A stretch of 64,000 nt of DNA, taken from NCBI RefSeq assembly GCF_006345805.1, contig NC_043002.1, forward strand, positions 10,788,001 through 10,852,000, written 5' to 3'. Source of the stretch: Octopus sinensis. Its lineage: Eukaryota. A program made the translations under genes and the position numbers. Of the stretch, positions 12,691 to 25,338 are shown piece by piece (the first letter of the stretch is position 1; every line of letters begins with the position of its first letter). The notes beneath the pieces were generated by a model. That model did no database searches, had not been told where the DNA came from, and worked only from the letters and a program-made list of their open reading frames with translations.

Positions 12691-13004
12691 CATATACATA
12701 TATGCGTGTGTGTGTGTGTATGTATGTGTGCGTGTACAGGCATATATAAATATGCGTACAAAATACATACAGAAATACATACATGCATTATCTTCACTAC
12801 ATATATGAACCTGAAGAAAACGGTTCACACGTTTAAAAGCAATTTTGAAAGGGAAGTAGTTTCCACCGCAAGTTTGAAGTCTCAAATTCATTTATTTGCA
12901 ATACAGAAATTTGAATGTAATCGAAGTAACGTACCCCATTCAGAACAATGATACTTCTCCAACACAGTTACTAATAATGCTGTGATACAATTATTTCATT
13001 TCAT

Positions 13005-13168
13005 GCGCAGGAGTGGCTGTGTGGTAAGTAGCTTGTTTACCAACCACATGGTTCCGGGTTCAGTCCCACTGCGTGGCACCTTGGGCAAGTGTCTTCTACT
13101 ATAGCCCCGGGCCGACCAATGCCTTGTGAGTGAATTTGGTAGACGGAAACTGAAAGAAGCCTGTCGTA

Positions 13169-13226
<58 letters not shown>

Positions 13227-13442
13227 TGTTTGTGTGTCCGTGTTTGTCCCCCTAGCATTGCTTGACAACCGATGCTGGTGTGTTTACGCCCCCGTTACTT
13301 AGCGGTTCGGCAAAAGAGACCGATAGAATAAGTACTGGGCTTACAAAAGAATAAGTCTCGGGGTCGAGTTGCTCGATTAAAAGGCGGTGCTCCAGCATGG
13401 CCGCAGTCAAATGACTGAAAAAAGTAAAAGAGTAAGAGAGAG
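13005..13442 (+). mobile_element. SINE family A, full length with internal (TA)n (OK/OR-type octopus SINE; name not verified)
   Basis: tRNA-like head GGAGTGGCTGTGTGGTAAGTAGC...GGTTCAGTCCC and tail GGCGGTGCTCCAGCATGGCCGCAGTCAAATGACTGAA. Confidence 0.9.
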
Positions 13443-14182
13443 TATATGCAATCCTACATCCACAGAATTGTGGAGAAACATCGATAACAACTCATGAACA
13501 TACTACAAAATGTAATTGCTACTTCTGTGTACACTGGAGCGGCGAGCTGGTAGAATCATTAACACGGCAAGAATGATGCTTAGCAGTATTTTGTCCGTCT
13601 TCAGGTTCTGAGTTCAAATTCCACTGAGTTCGACTCTGCTTTTATCTGTTCGGGGTCCATGAAGTAAGTACCAGTTTAGTACTGGAGTCGATGGAAGAGA
13701 TTTAGCCCAACTCCCAAAATTGCTTGCCTTGTGCCAACAATTAAAACAAATATTTCTCTTTACCGTAAGGCGGCGTGCTGGCAGAATCTTTAGCACGCAG
13801 GGGAAAATGCCTATAGTCATTTCGTCAGTCTTCGCGTTCTGCGTTCAAATTCCACCGAGGTCAACTTTGCATTTCATCATTTCGTGGTCGACAAAAATAA
13901 GTACCGGCTGGACGATGGGGTCGATACAATCGACTTACTCTTTCCCTCGATATTGCTGGCTTCTGCCAAAATTTGAAATCAATATTTCTGTGTACATTAT
14001 TGCATACGAAATTTTCCTGTCTTGTGAGGAAGTAATAAAGTGCGTCCATTGATATCTTATTGATTTACATTTATTTCTGCTCTACCAACTGACTTACAGT
14101 ATGGAATCACCCAGCTATGCACAAACACATACGTTATTTCAGTAGCCTGTCGTTTGTTCTGTTAGTACAATATCTTCTACTT

Positions 14183-14787
14183 GTTTAAGGCGGCGAGTTG
14201 GCAGAATGGTTAGAACGTCGGGCGAAATGCCTAGCGGTATTTCGTCTGCCGTTACGTTCTGAGTTCAAATTCCATGGAGGTCGACTTTGCCTTTCATCCT
14301 TTCGGGGTCGATAAATGAAGTACCAGTTACGCACTGGAGTTGATGTAACCTACTTAATCTGTTTGTCTGTCCTTGTTTGTCCTCTCTGTGTTTAGCCCCT
14401 TGTGGGTAGTAAATAAATAGGTATTTCGTCTAGCGTTACGTTGTGAGTTCAAACTCCGCCGAGGTCGACTTTGCCTTTCATCCTTTCGGGGTCGATAAAT
14501 TAAGTACCAGTTACGCACTGGGGTCAATGTAATTGACTTAATCCCTTTGTCTGTCCTTGTTTGCCCATTGTGTATTTAGCCCCTTGTGGGTAGTAAATAA
14601 ATAGGTATTTCATCTAGCGTTACTTTCCGAGTACAAACTACGCCGAGGTCGACTTTGCCTTTCATCCTTTCGGCGTCGATAAATTAAGTACCAGTTATGC
14701 ACTGGGGTCGATGTAATCGACTGAAACCCTTTATCTGTCTGTGTTTGTCCCCTCTATGTTTAGCTCCTTGTGGGCAATAAAGAAATA
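14183..14787 (+). mobile_element. SINE family B: one head plus three ~183-bp internal units
   Basis: Head aaggcggcgagttggcagaa; units repeat at about 183 bp; flanked by 14-bp direct repeat aatatcttctactt (14169-14182 and 14788-14801). Confidence 0.9.
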
Positions 14788-16542
14788 AATATCTTCTACT
14801 TCTTGGAGTTAGCGTTTTGTTCTCCTATGCCACGCCTTCTCCGTTTATCAACCACACTGGGCGTTTAATCCCTAAGTCCAACATTTTAAAAAAGTATTTC
14901 TTAACCTTATTTCTAATCACCTGGATGACAACTGTCTGAAAATGGCTCGTCCATGTGTTGCTTTTCGCAATAATCATGAACAACATGAATCTCTAATAAA
15001 AATCTTCTCCAAATCAATTAACTCAGCACTTACTATGCTCTGCGCTTCTTCTTATTTGATTATGCTTTGCACATTAATAGACAACCCTATTGCCTTGTCT
15101 TGGGTATATATGTCCTTGATAAACTTATAGGGATGCATTTTTATATACGTCGTCGAGTCCTGGTAATTTTTAGACCTGGCGAAACCAGTCCTCACGACAG
15201 CCCAGAGGCCATTTCTTTTAGCGAGAGGGCTAGAGAAACAAAAAGATACAGAGACAGAAGGAAAGAAAAGAAACAACTCTACTATATGACTGGTATTTCA
15301 TTGATCTCGTTAGGATATACGGCTAAGTCGACTTCTGTCATATTTATACTCTGGACACAAAGAGATTGAACAATTTCCGGAAACACAATCTATGAGACGC
15401 TCTTAGACGTTTTCGAGAGAGATGGCTGTGTTATCTCTAAAGTTATATTTTGATACAACAAATGCGTACCATCTTTCTCGGATGGTATAATTAAGGGATT
15501 ATTCACTAACAGTCTAACGGCGCTCAAACTGAAGAATCTTACTGAGATCTCTTGATCTGCTAAAACTAACATTTAACTCTCCTTGAAATATACAATTAGA
15601 TTGATATGATATTTTAAAAAGTCACTAATCCCCGGAATATATGCTAAAAGAATGCGGTGTTCTCTACTGGAACACCAGTCGAAAAATGTAATTTCAGGAC
15701 TCAGGTGCATATGTTATAAAATTTGGACAACTCTGAACTAAACTAAGTCTACAAAATCTGAGCGATGACTTTTTTCCCCACAAAATACTTACAAAATTAA
15801 AATAGAATTGTAAGTTATTTACGAAGGGGTCATTTAAACATATGCATACCTGAAGGAAGAAGTGTAAAATAATTATTTCCCTGCTGAACACAACACTTCT
15901 GTGACAATACATAAAACAATATAAACACTTCAAACGCGAATGTAAACTGTATGAACCAAAAACAAGCATTTTTCATACTACAGTACAAAAGCAAAGGCTT
16001 CAATATACTTTTTTTGAACAAAAATGTGTTACCATCACAGAAAAACAATTTTGTCGTTAAAATAATCCAGAAAACACTTTTGCAACCAAATACAACAAAC
16101 CTCAAATTCCTTATTACACTCCAATAAGGTTAGGAAGTTCATATCACCACATGCTATCATATATTTTCGATTTTTTTGTTTTAACTGTAGTCGACGTTGA
16201 TTGTGCTACGATTGAATATTAACATTTGGTACCTGTGGTCAAACAGAAAGTACGTCTATGAGGGCTAAAAACACAGGAGATGTTCACTTTCTCTATAAGA
16301 GAAAAGAGCGAATTAACTCAAGCAGTGTTATAATTCATTTTCTTATGAAAAATTTCATGGAAACTTTGAATAAAAGGAATCTTACACATCAATAAACTTT
16401 TCTTTGGGATGTGGTTTTAAGAGGAAACCAATTTAAGTCAGATATTCTCCTGTTTAAAAATCCTTTTGGAAACGATGAAGTGTGGAATCCTAATCTGTGT
16501 GTGACAACAGGAAATATATAAGAATAGTGTGTACTCAATATT

Positions 16543-17555
16543 CGTTTCTAATCTAAGCACAAGGCGCGAAATTTTGGTGGAGGGTGGCAGTCGATTAGAT
16601 CGACTCCATTACGTAACTGGTACTTAATTTATCGACCCCGAAAGGTTGAAAGGCAAAGTCGATCTCGACGGAATTTGAACACAGAACGTAACGGCAGATG
16701 GAATACCTATTTCTTTACTACCCACAAGGGGCTAAACACAGAGGAAACAAACAAGGATAGACGGTCGGATTAAGTCGATTATATCGACCCCCAGTGCGTA
16801 ACTAGTACTTATTTAATCGATCCCGAAAGGATGAAAGGCAAAGTCGACCTCGGTGGAATTTGAACTCAGAACACAAAGACAGATGAAATACCTCCAAGCA
16901 TTTCGCCCGGCGTGCTAACGTTTCTGCCAGCCAGCCGCCTTGAAATATTCTTTTCTACTCTCGATACAAGGCCCGAATACAGTTGATTAGATCGACTCCA
17001 GTACGCGACTGGTACTTAATTTATCGAACCCGAAAGGATGAAAGGCGAACTCGACCTCGGCGGAATTTCAACTCAGAACATAGAGACAGAAGAAATACCT
17101 CTAAGCATTTCGCCCGGCGTGCTAACGTTTCTTATTTCTTTATTGCCCACAACGGGCTAAACATAGAGGGGACAAACAAGGACAGACAAACGAATTAAAT
17201 CGTTTAAATCGATCCCAGTTTGTAACTGGTTCTTAATTTATCGATGCCGAAGGGATGAAAGGCAAAGTTGACCTCGGTGGAATTTGAAATGTAGAACGTA
17301 ACGGCAGACGAAATACCTATTTCTTTACTACCCACAAGGGGCTAAACACAGAGAGGACAAACAAGGACAGACAAACAGATTAAGTCGATTATATCGACCC
17401 CAGTGCGTAACTGGTACTTATTTAATCGACCCCCAAAGGATGAAAGGCAAAGTCGACCTCGGCAGAATTTGAACTCAGAACGTAATGGCAGACGAAATAC
17501 CGCTAAGCATTTCGTCCGGTGTGCTAACGTTTCTGTCAGCTCGCCGCCTTAGCGA
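16543..17555 (-). mobile_element. SINE family B compound head-to-tail array
   Basis: Several heads and units; bounded by gtactcaatatt at 16531-16542 and 17556-17567. Confidence 0.85.
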
Positions 17556-17967
17556 GTACTCAATATTGCTGAAGAGTGGATATTTGTGCGCTAAAGAGTA
17601 TATTTTATTTTATCACTCGATTAGTGTTACAGATTCGTTCTAATCTTATGACATTTCGAACGACATTTCACAGCATTATTGTTTGCGTAGACTCTGAAAT
17701 TTAGATTTAGAGCAAACTTTGCCTGTGATAAGTGCATATGTGTCTATCGAACTTCTAAGACGGATGTATTTAAGCTGATTCATATGGCACATGGAAAGGG
17801 AGGCTACAAGTAACTTTCCTGTGACTTTGTGTCCGCATGACATTTCCGCCATTTTTTTCAAATGACGTTATATACACACGAATAAGCTATCATAGTTACT
17901 TGGTTGATACATTACGATGAAATTCACATAGACACCTTATTATACATACATAAAACCAAATATATAC

Positions 17968-18033
<66 letters not shown>

Positions 18034-18064
18034 GTAGGTAGATAGATAGATAGATAGATAGATC

Positions 18065-18104
<40 letters not shown>

Positions 18105-18116
18105 TATAGATAGAAT

Positions 18117-18205
<89 letters not shown>

Positions 18206-18329
18206 AATGATAGATAGATACATACGTACATAGACAGACAGATAGATAAAAATAGTATCTTACTATGAGAACATAGATCGTAAGAGACTACGAGTTGTAT
18301 CAACATTAGTCAAACTAAATCTTCATTAA

Positions 18330-18620
18330 AAATTTATTTTGGCAATGTTCATGAAAATAATGCTTCATTTAATGGATACATCAAAATACAGGAGAGTTTG
18401 GAAAAGAAATGGACGGAAAATATTCACTCGTGGATAGTTTCACATATGAAAAAGCTATGAAATATTGTTAAAATATGCGTTCATAGCGAAGAAAAAATTA
18501 CTGAGGTGTTTTCATTTCTTATCAGTTAAAGTATAGTTTAATGCAAAATGGCAGATATTTCAGACTGAATTTTCTCGTGAGAATATTTCTAACGGAGACG
18601 AAACAGTGTTTCTTTTCTTC
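18330..18620 (+). mobile_element. Possible pogo/Tigger transposase remnant
   Basis: ENISNGDET resembles the pogo IFNxDETG motif; heavily decayed. Confidence 0.3.
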
Positions 18621-18767
18621 TTTTCTTTTCTGAGCAATTACGGAACATCCTTATCTGTTTAAAAATGAAAAGGCTTACATCTTCATAAGTACGACGGACA
18701 ATTTTCTGTTGCGGCAATGAGGTAGAGACACGAGTTCTTCCAGCGCTGAGAAGGTATAAAGATGTTC

Positions 18768-19176
18768 AAGGCAGCGAGCTGGCAGAAACATTAGCACGCC
18801 GGAAGGAATGCTTAGCGGTATTTCAGAGTTCAAATTCCGCCGAGGTCGACTTTGCCTTTCATCCTTTCGGGGTCGATAAGTTAAGTACCAGTTACGCACT
18901 GGGGTCGATATAATCGACTTAATACCTATGTCTGTCCTTGTTTGTCCCCTCTATGTTTAGCCCTTTGTGGGTAATAAAGAAATAGAAATAGGTATTTCGT
19001 CTGCTGTTACGTTCTGAGTTCAAATACCGCCGAGGTCAACTTTGCCTTTCATCCTTTCGGGGTCGATAAATTAAGTACCAGTTACGCACTGGGGTCGATG
19101 TGACCGGCTTAATCCGTTTGTATGTCCTTGTTTGTGCTCTCTGTGTTTAGCCCCTTGTGGGTAGTAAAGAAATAGA
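18768..19176 (+). mobile_element. SINE family B, head plus two units
   Basis: Flanked by tataaagatgttc / tataaaaatgttc, a probable TSD. Confidence 0.9.
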
Positions 19177-19852
19177 TATAAAAATGTTCGATGTTTTAAA
19201 TATCAAACACTACCTGTTCGGTAGCTTCTTTCTATTGCATAGGTGTGGCTGTCTCCAGTTAGTTTTATTAACTCAAGTCTTAGATGGAGTTTTAAATTAA
19301 AACGAAAATTTGTTTTCTTGGTTGACAAATATTTGTACATAAACAATTTTTCATTAGAGAACATCAGTTAGAAATATCATCGAGCCATTAGATTGGGTAA
19401 TCCATTATGTGATCAAGATATCATATTAGTCGCTAATGGCTTATTATCAAAACGAAATTTTACGGACTTGAACATTCACTTGAAGTTTTAAAGACTATAA
19501 CAATCTAATTGAATATTTAAAGTGCGTTTTCAAACACTTTTTCTCTTGAAACACACACGCACGCATGCATACCGACACGCGCGCAAACACAGACACACAC
19601 ATAAGCACACATACACACACACGCAGACACACACAGGCATACCCCCACACACACACATACAAACACGCACACAGTCATAAGGATTTATTCAAACCACCCT
19701 TTTACACGTCTCAATATCGAACTTGTATAATATGTGTGTGTGTTGTATTTTACTTTTAATCAGCAAGGGGGCCCTAAGTTACAAACTGGGTTTTAAGCCA
19801 GTTTGTAACTTAGGGCCCTTTAATAAGTGCATTATATAAAAAAGTAAAAAAG

Positions 19853-20168
19853 AGCCCCTTCGGTCATGAATGACCATGGGATAGCACCTAGAAAGTTACC
19901 CTCCTAGACACAAGTCCGGGCAAGGTTGTTTATGGAAGGCCAGCAGTCGCCCATGCATACCGGCCTCCCCTCTCCACGCCACCAGTGTTATCCAAGGGAA
20001 AGACAAAGGTCGATACAGCTTGGCACCAGTAACGTCGCAACTCATTTCTACAGCTGAGTGAACTGAAGCAACGTGAAATAAAGTGCCTTGCTCGAGAACG
20101 CAGCCCGGTCCGGGATTCACAACGATCGTAAGCTCGACGCTCTAACCACTGAGCCATGCGCCTTCACA
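19853..20168 (-). mobile_element. CORE-type SINE family C, near full length
   Basis: tRNA-like head GGCTCAGTGGTTAGAGCGTCGAGCTTACGATCG and a CORE-like GAGCAAGGCACTTTATTTCACGTTGCT segment. Confidence 0.9.
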
Positions 20169-20176
20169 CACACACA

Positions 20177-20208
<32 letters not shown>

Positions 20209-20251
20209 TATATATATAATATATATATATATTATATTATATATATATATA

Positions 20252-20290
<39 letters not shown>

Positions 20291-20409
20291 CATATATAAT
20301 ATATATTATCTATATATATATATACATATACATATATATATAATATATATATATAATATATATATATATTATATATATATAATATATATCTATATATATA
20401 TATATATAT

Positions 20410-20442
<33 letters not shown>

Positions 20443-20461
20443 TATATATATATATTATATA

Positions 20462-20555
<94 letters not shown>

Positions 20556-20556
20556 G

Positions 20557-20598
<42 letters not shown>

Positions 20599-20609
20599 TA
20601 TTATATATA

Positions 20610-20653
<44 letters not shown>

Positions 20654-20665
20654 ATATATATAATA

Positions 20666-20758
<93 letters not shown>

Positions 20759-20984
20759 TAATCAATTTAGGGGTAGCAAAAAAATTCAGTAAAAATTTAT
20801 CGCTACCAGCGGCCTAGTGGAAAAGAGAAAAATAGTCAAAAAATAAATATGTATAAATATAACAATTTAGGAATGGCCGAAACAGGCCATTCGTCCACCA
20901 GAAAGAGCAGCCAGAACTCCAACCGCCAAGTTAGGTAATTCGGAAATAAGGTGAAAATTTAAAAAAAACATTTACCCTAATTCA

Positions 20985-21087
20985 TCTTTTATACGATGCA
21001 TCGTTTCAGTGTCTTTAATGAGAGACCAGCTTAATTAAATTAAATTAAGCTATAGTCTACAATAGGTCACACTTCATCAGTAAAAGA
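20985..21087 (-). ncRNA. Type-I hammerhead ribozyme, monomer 1
   Basis: Stem I UCUUUUA/UAAAAGA; core CUGAUGA; stem II AGUGU/ACACU enclosing a long hairpin; GAAA; palindromic stem III ACGAUGCAUCGU; cleavage triplet GUA. Confidence 0.85.
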
Positions 21088-21476
21088 AACCTGGGAGAGA
21101 CGGATATTACACGAGGCGACTGTATCAATGCCTCGGGAATATCTGTCTTAAAAATTTTCAAGAACAACGCATTCGCGCCAACTTATCGGCAGCAAATATA
21201 AACTGCCGATTCAATCTCAGAATTAGTCAGAAAATTATCAATTAATCAAATTTAGGGTAGCAAAAATTCAGTAAAAAAATTCAGTAAAAAATTTATCGCT
21301 ACCAGCGGCCTAGTGGAAAAGAGAAAATAGTCAAAGACTAATATGTATACAATATAACAATTTAGGAATGGCCCTAAACAGGCCATTCGTCCACCAGAAA
21401 GAGCAGCCAGAACTCCACCGCCAAGTAGTGTAATTCGGAAATAAGGTGAAAATTTAAAAACATTTACCCTAATTCA

Positions 21477-21575
21477 TCTTTATACGATGCATCGTTTCAG
21501 TGTCTTTAATGATAGACCAGCTTAATTAAATTAAATAAGCTAGTCTACCATAGGTCACACTTCATCAGTAAAAGA
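21477..21575 (-). ncRNA. Type-I hammerhead ribozyme, monomer 2
   Basis: Same architecture as 20985-21087, with one U fewer in stem I. Confidence 0.8.
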
Positions 21576-21983
21576 AACCTATCATTAAAGACACTGAAAA
21601 CGATGCATCGTATAAAAGATGAATTAGGGTAAATGTTTTTAAATTTTCACCTTATTTCCGAATTAACTACTTGGCGGTTGGAGTTCTGGCTGCTCTTCTG
21701 GTGACGAATGGCCTGTTTAGGCCATTCCTAAATTGTTATATTTATACATATTTAGTCTTTGACTATTTTCTCTTTTCCACTAGGCGATGGTAGCGATAAA
21801 ATTTTACTGAATTTTTTGCTACCCTAAATTGATTAATTGATAATTTTCTGACTAATTTGAGATTGAATCGGCAGTTTTATTTGCTGCCGATAAGTTTGGC
21901 GAATGCGTTGGTCTTGAAATTTTAAGACAGATATTCCCGAGGCATTGATACAGTCGCCTCGTGTTATCCGTCTCTCCCAGGTT

Positions 21984-22082
21984 TCTTTTACTGATGAAGT
22001 GGACCTATGGTAGACTAGCTTATTTTAATTTAATAAGCTGGTCTATCATTAAAAGACACTGAAACGATGATCGTATAAAAGA
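21984..22082 (+). ncRNA. Type-I hammerhead ribozyme, monomer 3
   Basis: tctttta-ctgatga-agtg...acact-gaaac-gatgatcgt-a-taaaaga; small indels relative to the other copies. Confidence 0.7.
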
Positions 22083-22454
22083 TGAATTAGGGTAATTGTT
22101 TTTAAATTTTCACCTTATTTCCCGAATTACAATACTTGGCGGTTGGAGTTCTGGCTGGCTCTTTCTGGTGGACGAATGGCATGTTTAGGCCATTCTAAAT
22201 GTTTTATTTTATACATATTTAGTCTTTGACTATTTCTCTTTTCCACTAGGCCGCTGGTAGCGATAATTTTTTACTGAATTTTTTGTACCCTAAATTGATT
22301 AATTGATAATTTTCTGACTAATTCTGAGATTGAATCGGCAGTTTATATTTGCTGCCGATAAGTTTGGCGCGGAATGCGTTGGTCTTGAAAATTTAAGACA
22401 GATATTCCCGAGGCATTGATACAGTCGCATCGTGATATCCGTCTCTCCCAGGTT

Positions 22455-22554
22455 TCTTTACTGATGAAGTGTGACCTATGGTAGACTAGCTTAATTTAAT
22501 TTAATTAAGCTGGTCTATATTAAAGACACTGAAAACGATGCATCGTATAAAAGA
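22455..22554 (+). ncRNA. Type-I hammerhead ribozyme, monomer 4
   Basis: tcttta-ctgatga-agtgt...acact-gaaaac-gatgcatcgt-a-taaaaga. Confidence 0.75.
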
Positions 22555-22694
22555 TGAATTAGGGCAAATGTTTTAAATTTTCACCTTATTTCCGATTACA
22601 TACTTGGCGGTTGGAGTTCTGGCTGCTTTTCTGGTGGACGATGGCCTGTTTAGGCCATTCCTAAATTGTTATATATATATATCTATATATAAAG

Positions 22695-23037
22695 GGTAAA
22701 GACCCCCTCGGTCATGAATGACCATGGGATTGCAACCTAGAAAGTTACCCTCCTAGACACAAGTCTGGGCAAGGTTGTTTTTTATGGAAGGCCAGCAGTC
22801 GCCATGCATACCAGCCTCCCCTCTCCACGCCACCAGTGTTATCCAAGGGAAAGACAAAGGTCGATACAGCTTGGCACCAGTGACGTCGCAACTCATTTCT
22901 ACAGCTGAGTGAAACGGAGCAACGTGAAGTACAGTGCTTGCTCGAGGAACACAACACGCAGCCCGGTCCGGGATTCGAGCTCACACAACCTCACGATCGT
23001 AAGCTCGACGCTAACCACTGAGCCATGCGCCTTCACA
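22695..23037 (-). mobile_element. CORE-type SINE family C copy
   Basis: Homologous to 19853-20168, with several substitutions and indels. Confidence 0.9.
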
Positions 23038-23072
23038 CACCACACCACACATATTATATATATAATATATAT

Positions 23073-23115
<43 letters not shown>

Positions 23116-23444
23116 AGATATATATATATATGTGCGCCTAGACTTTAATTTCATTTATATTTAACATTCACTATTAATATCCCTACTCTTTCTGTTTGCT
23201 ACTTATGACGTTATATCATATAACGTTTTTTTAAACAATATTAATAGCGTTCTTGTCTATCGCTATACGAATCCATCATTTTTTGCTAAAATGTCGTATT
23301 GACAAGTTTCGTTTTTTCACTTTCCCGAAGAGAAGATTGCATTGTTATTTACCTTTATTCTTTTGAATAAGTATCAGTGGAATTTTTGAAAATATGTAGA
23401 AAGAAAAAATACTTGTTTAAACCTGCGTTGACTCCCTTTTTATT

Positions 23445-23518
<74 letters not shown>

Positions 23519-23533
23519 ATATATATATATATG

Positions 23534-23583
<50 letters not shown>

Positions 23584-23617
23584 ATATATATCAATATATA
23601 TATATAGTTTATGTATG

Positions 23618-23662
<45 letters not shown>

Positions 23663-23825
23663 GTAACTCTATTACAGCTAGTTAAAGATGGTCTCAAGAT
23701 AACTGTAGTCGTCTGAGAGTCGCTTTCTAAATTTCGACTAAGATGTACCATCTGACAACCTGGTTTCCTTAAACTTGAACGTTTTGGTCCTTGCTTAAGG
23801 CTTAAAGCTGCTTCCATTTACATGC

Positions 23826-23861
<36 letters not shown>

Positions 23862-24078
23862 TATATGACTTGAGATGTTTGCGTTGCCTTAACTCTTTTG
23901 GTCCTCTTTAAAAATTATATATCTGCTATATCGGAAATCTGCAATGGCTCCATAACTAGCGTCTCGGCTATAAGCTTGGGGCCCACGTAATCCATTACTC
24001 CACTTACCTAGTGTACCTAATTGTTTAGATCACCTGTGAACTAAGCCCCCATACTTTGTGGATATGTGTGTGCGCGTA

Positions 24079-24119
<41 letters not shown>

Positions 24120-24327
24120 ACGTATGTATGTATATAGTTGAAATTTACCGAAAAAAAGACGAAGACAGGTGTATGAACAACAAGAAGGTGTATTTGTTTG
24201 ACGCCCAAGAAAGTGAGAAAATTTGTTTTTAAGTTTCGAGCCTAGGATCTTCAACAGAAAAGAATACGGGGAAATATATAGAGAGAGAATAAAAAAAACT
24301 TGTTGATTTAGCGATCAATAATATATC

Positions 24328-24860
24328 TATGAGCAGAATTTAGTTTAGCTGAAATATTTCTATCACGTATTTCAACTGCTAAAAGGCAAATACACTGTTG
24401 TTACGGTGAAGAAAAATCTCTCTTATGGTAAAATGGTGTGAAAATACTCAGTTCGTTCAGTATTGCCATCTGTTGGGAATCTCAGACATCAATGTTTCGA
24501 GTATTTTGACTCTTGTCAATGAGATGTACCCAAGAGAGGCAACTCTGAACGAACTCAATAAAGCTGTAGCTTTATATATAATTCAGTCAACACGTTGAAT
24601 GATTAGCGCTAGTAGATCACCCGATCAAAGTAAATAACGAAGCATTGGCGCAAAGCGGTTTTTAACTATAAGTATAATTAAGGTTAATTGAAGTATGTTT
24701 GTCACATATTTCAACTGCTAAAAGACACTGAATAAACTGGGTATTTTCACACCTTACTACCATCAGAGAAATATTTTTTCCACCGTAAATGTGGTGTATT
24801 TGCCTTTTAGCAGTCGAAATATGTAACAATATATTTCAATTAACCTAAATTCTGCTCATA
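24328..24860. mobile_element. MITE with ~135-bp imperfect TIRs
   Basis: 24328-24460 is the reverse complement of about 24727-24860 (tatgagcagaattta...taaattctgctcata). Confidence 0.75.
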
Positions 24861-25338
24861 ACTAAACTCAGATTTGCGCCAATGCTTCGTTTTATATATA
24901 TATAATATATATATATATAATTAGAATGGAAGAAATGGAGTTGAACGAAGATTGTACAGAATTCTTTTATTACATTTCTGCTGTGATTTTTGCTACCCAG
25001 GTATCGGTAAACTTTTGAATAATCGTAACAAGAAAATTCATCTTTCCATTTAAACAAATATATATATATATATTATTATATATATATATATATATACAGT
25101 AGTTAAAAATTATGCAATAGTTGATATTTCAACAGTCAAACTTTAAGCCTTAGATATTGCAAATAATTCGTTTAATAAAATGACGTATGTTAATTTGTAC
25201 CTTGACTCAAGAGTAGTGGATTGAACAAAAGACAGTACTTAGTATAATCAACCTAATTACTAAATTTGCATCCTAGGGCATATGCTTTTCATCTTGTCTC
25301 ATTGTCTTGTTTCCATATGCTAGGAGTAGTAGTTAAAC

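Larger units (their letters stand above)
20760..22665. repeat. ~480-bp tandem repeat with a central inversion (foldback)
   Basis: About 1.7 units in one orientation (20760-21580), then about 2.3 units in the opposite orientation (21581-22665); bounded by (TA)n on both sides. Confidence 0.9.

Noticed and set aside
15600-16150. Further possible UAR=Gln frame containing SLIPGI, like RLIPGI in the tandem locus
   Set aside because: Several in-frame TGAs and only a 5-residue match; within chance given how many frames were read.
14183-17555. Regular repeats as a CRISPR-like array
   Set aside because: Units are SINE-derived with no unique spacers, and the context is eukaryotic.
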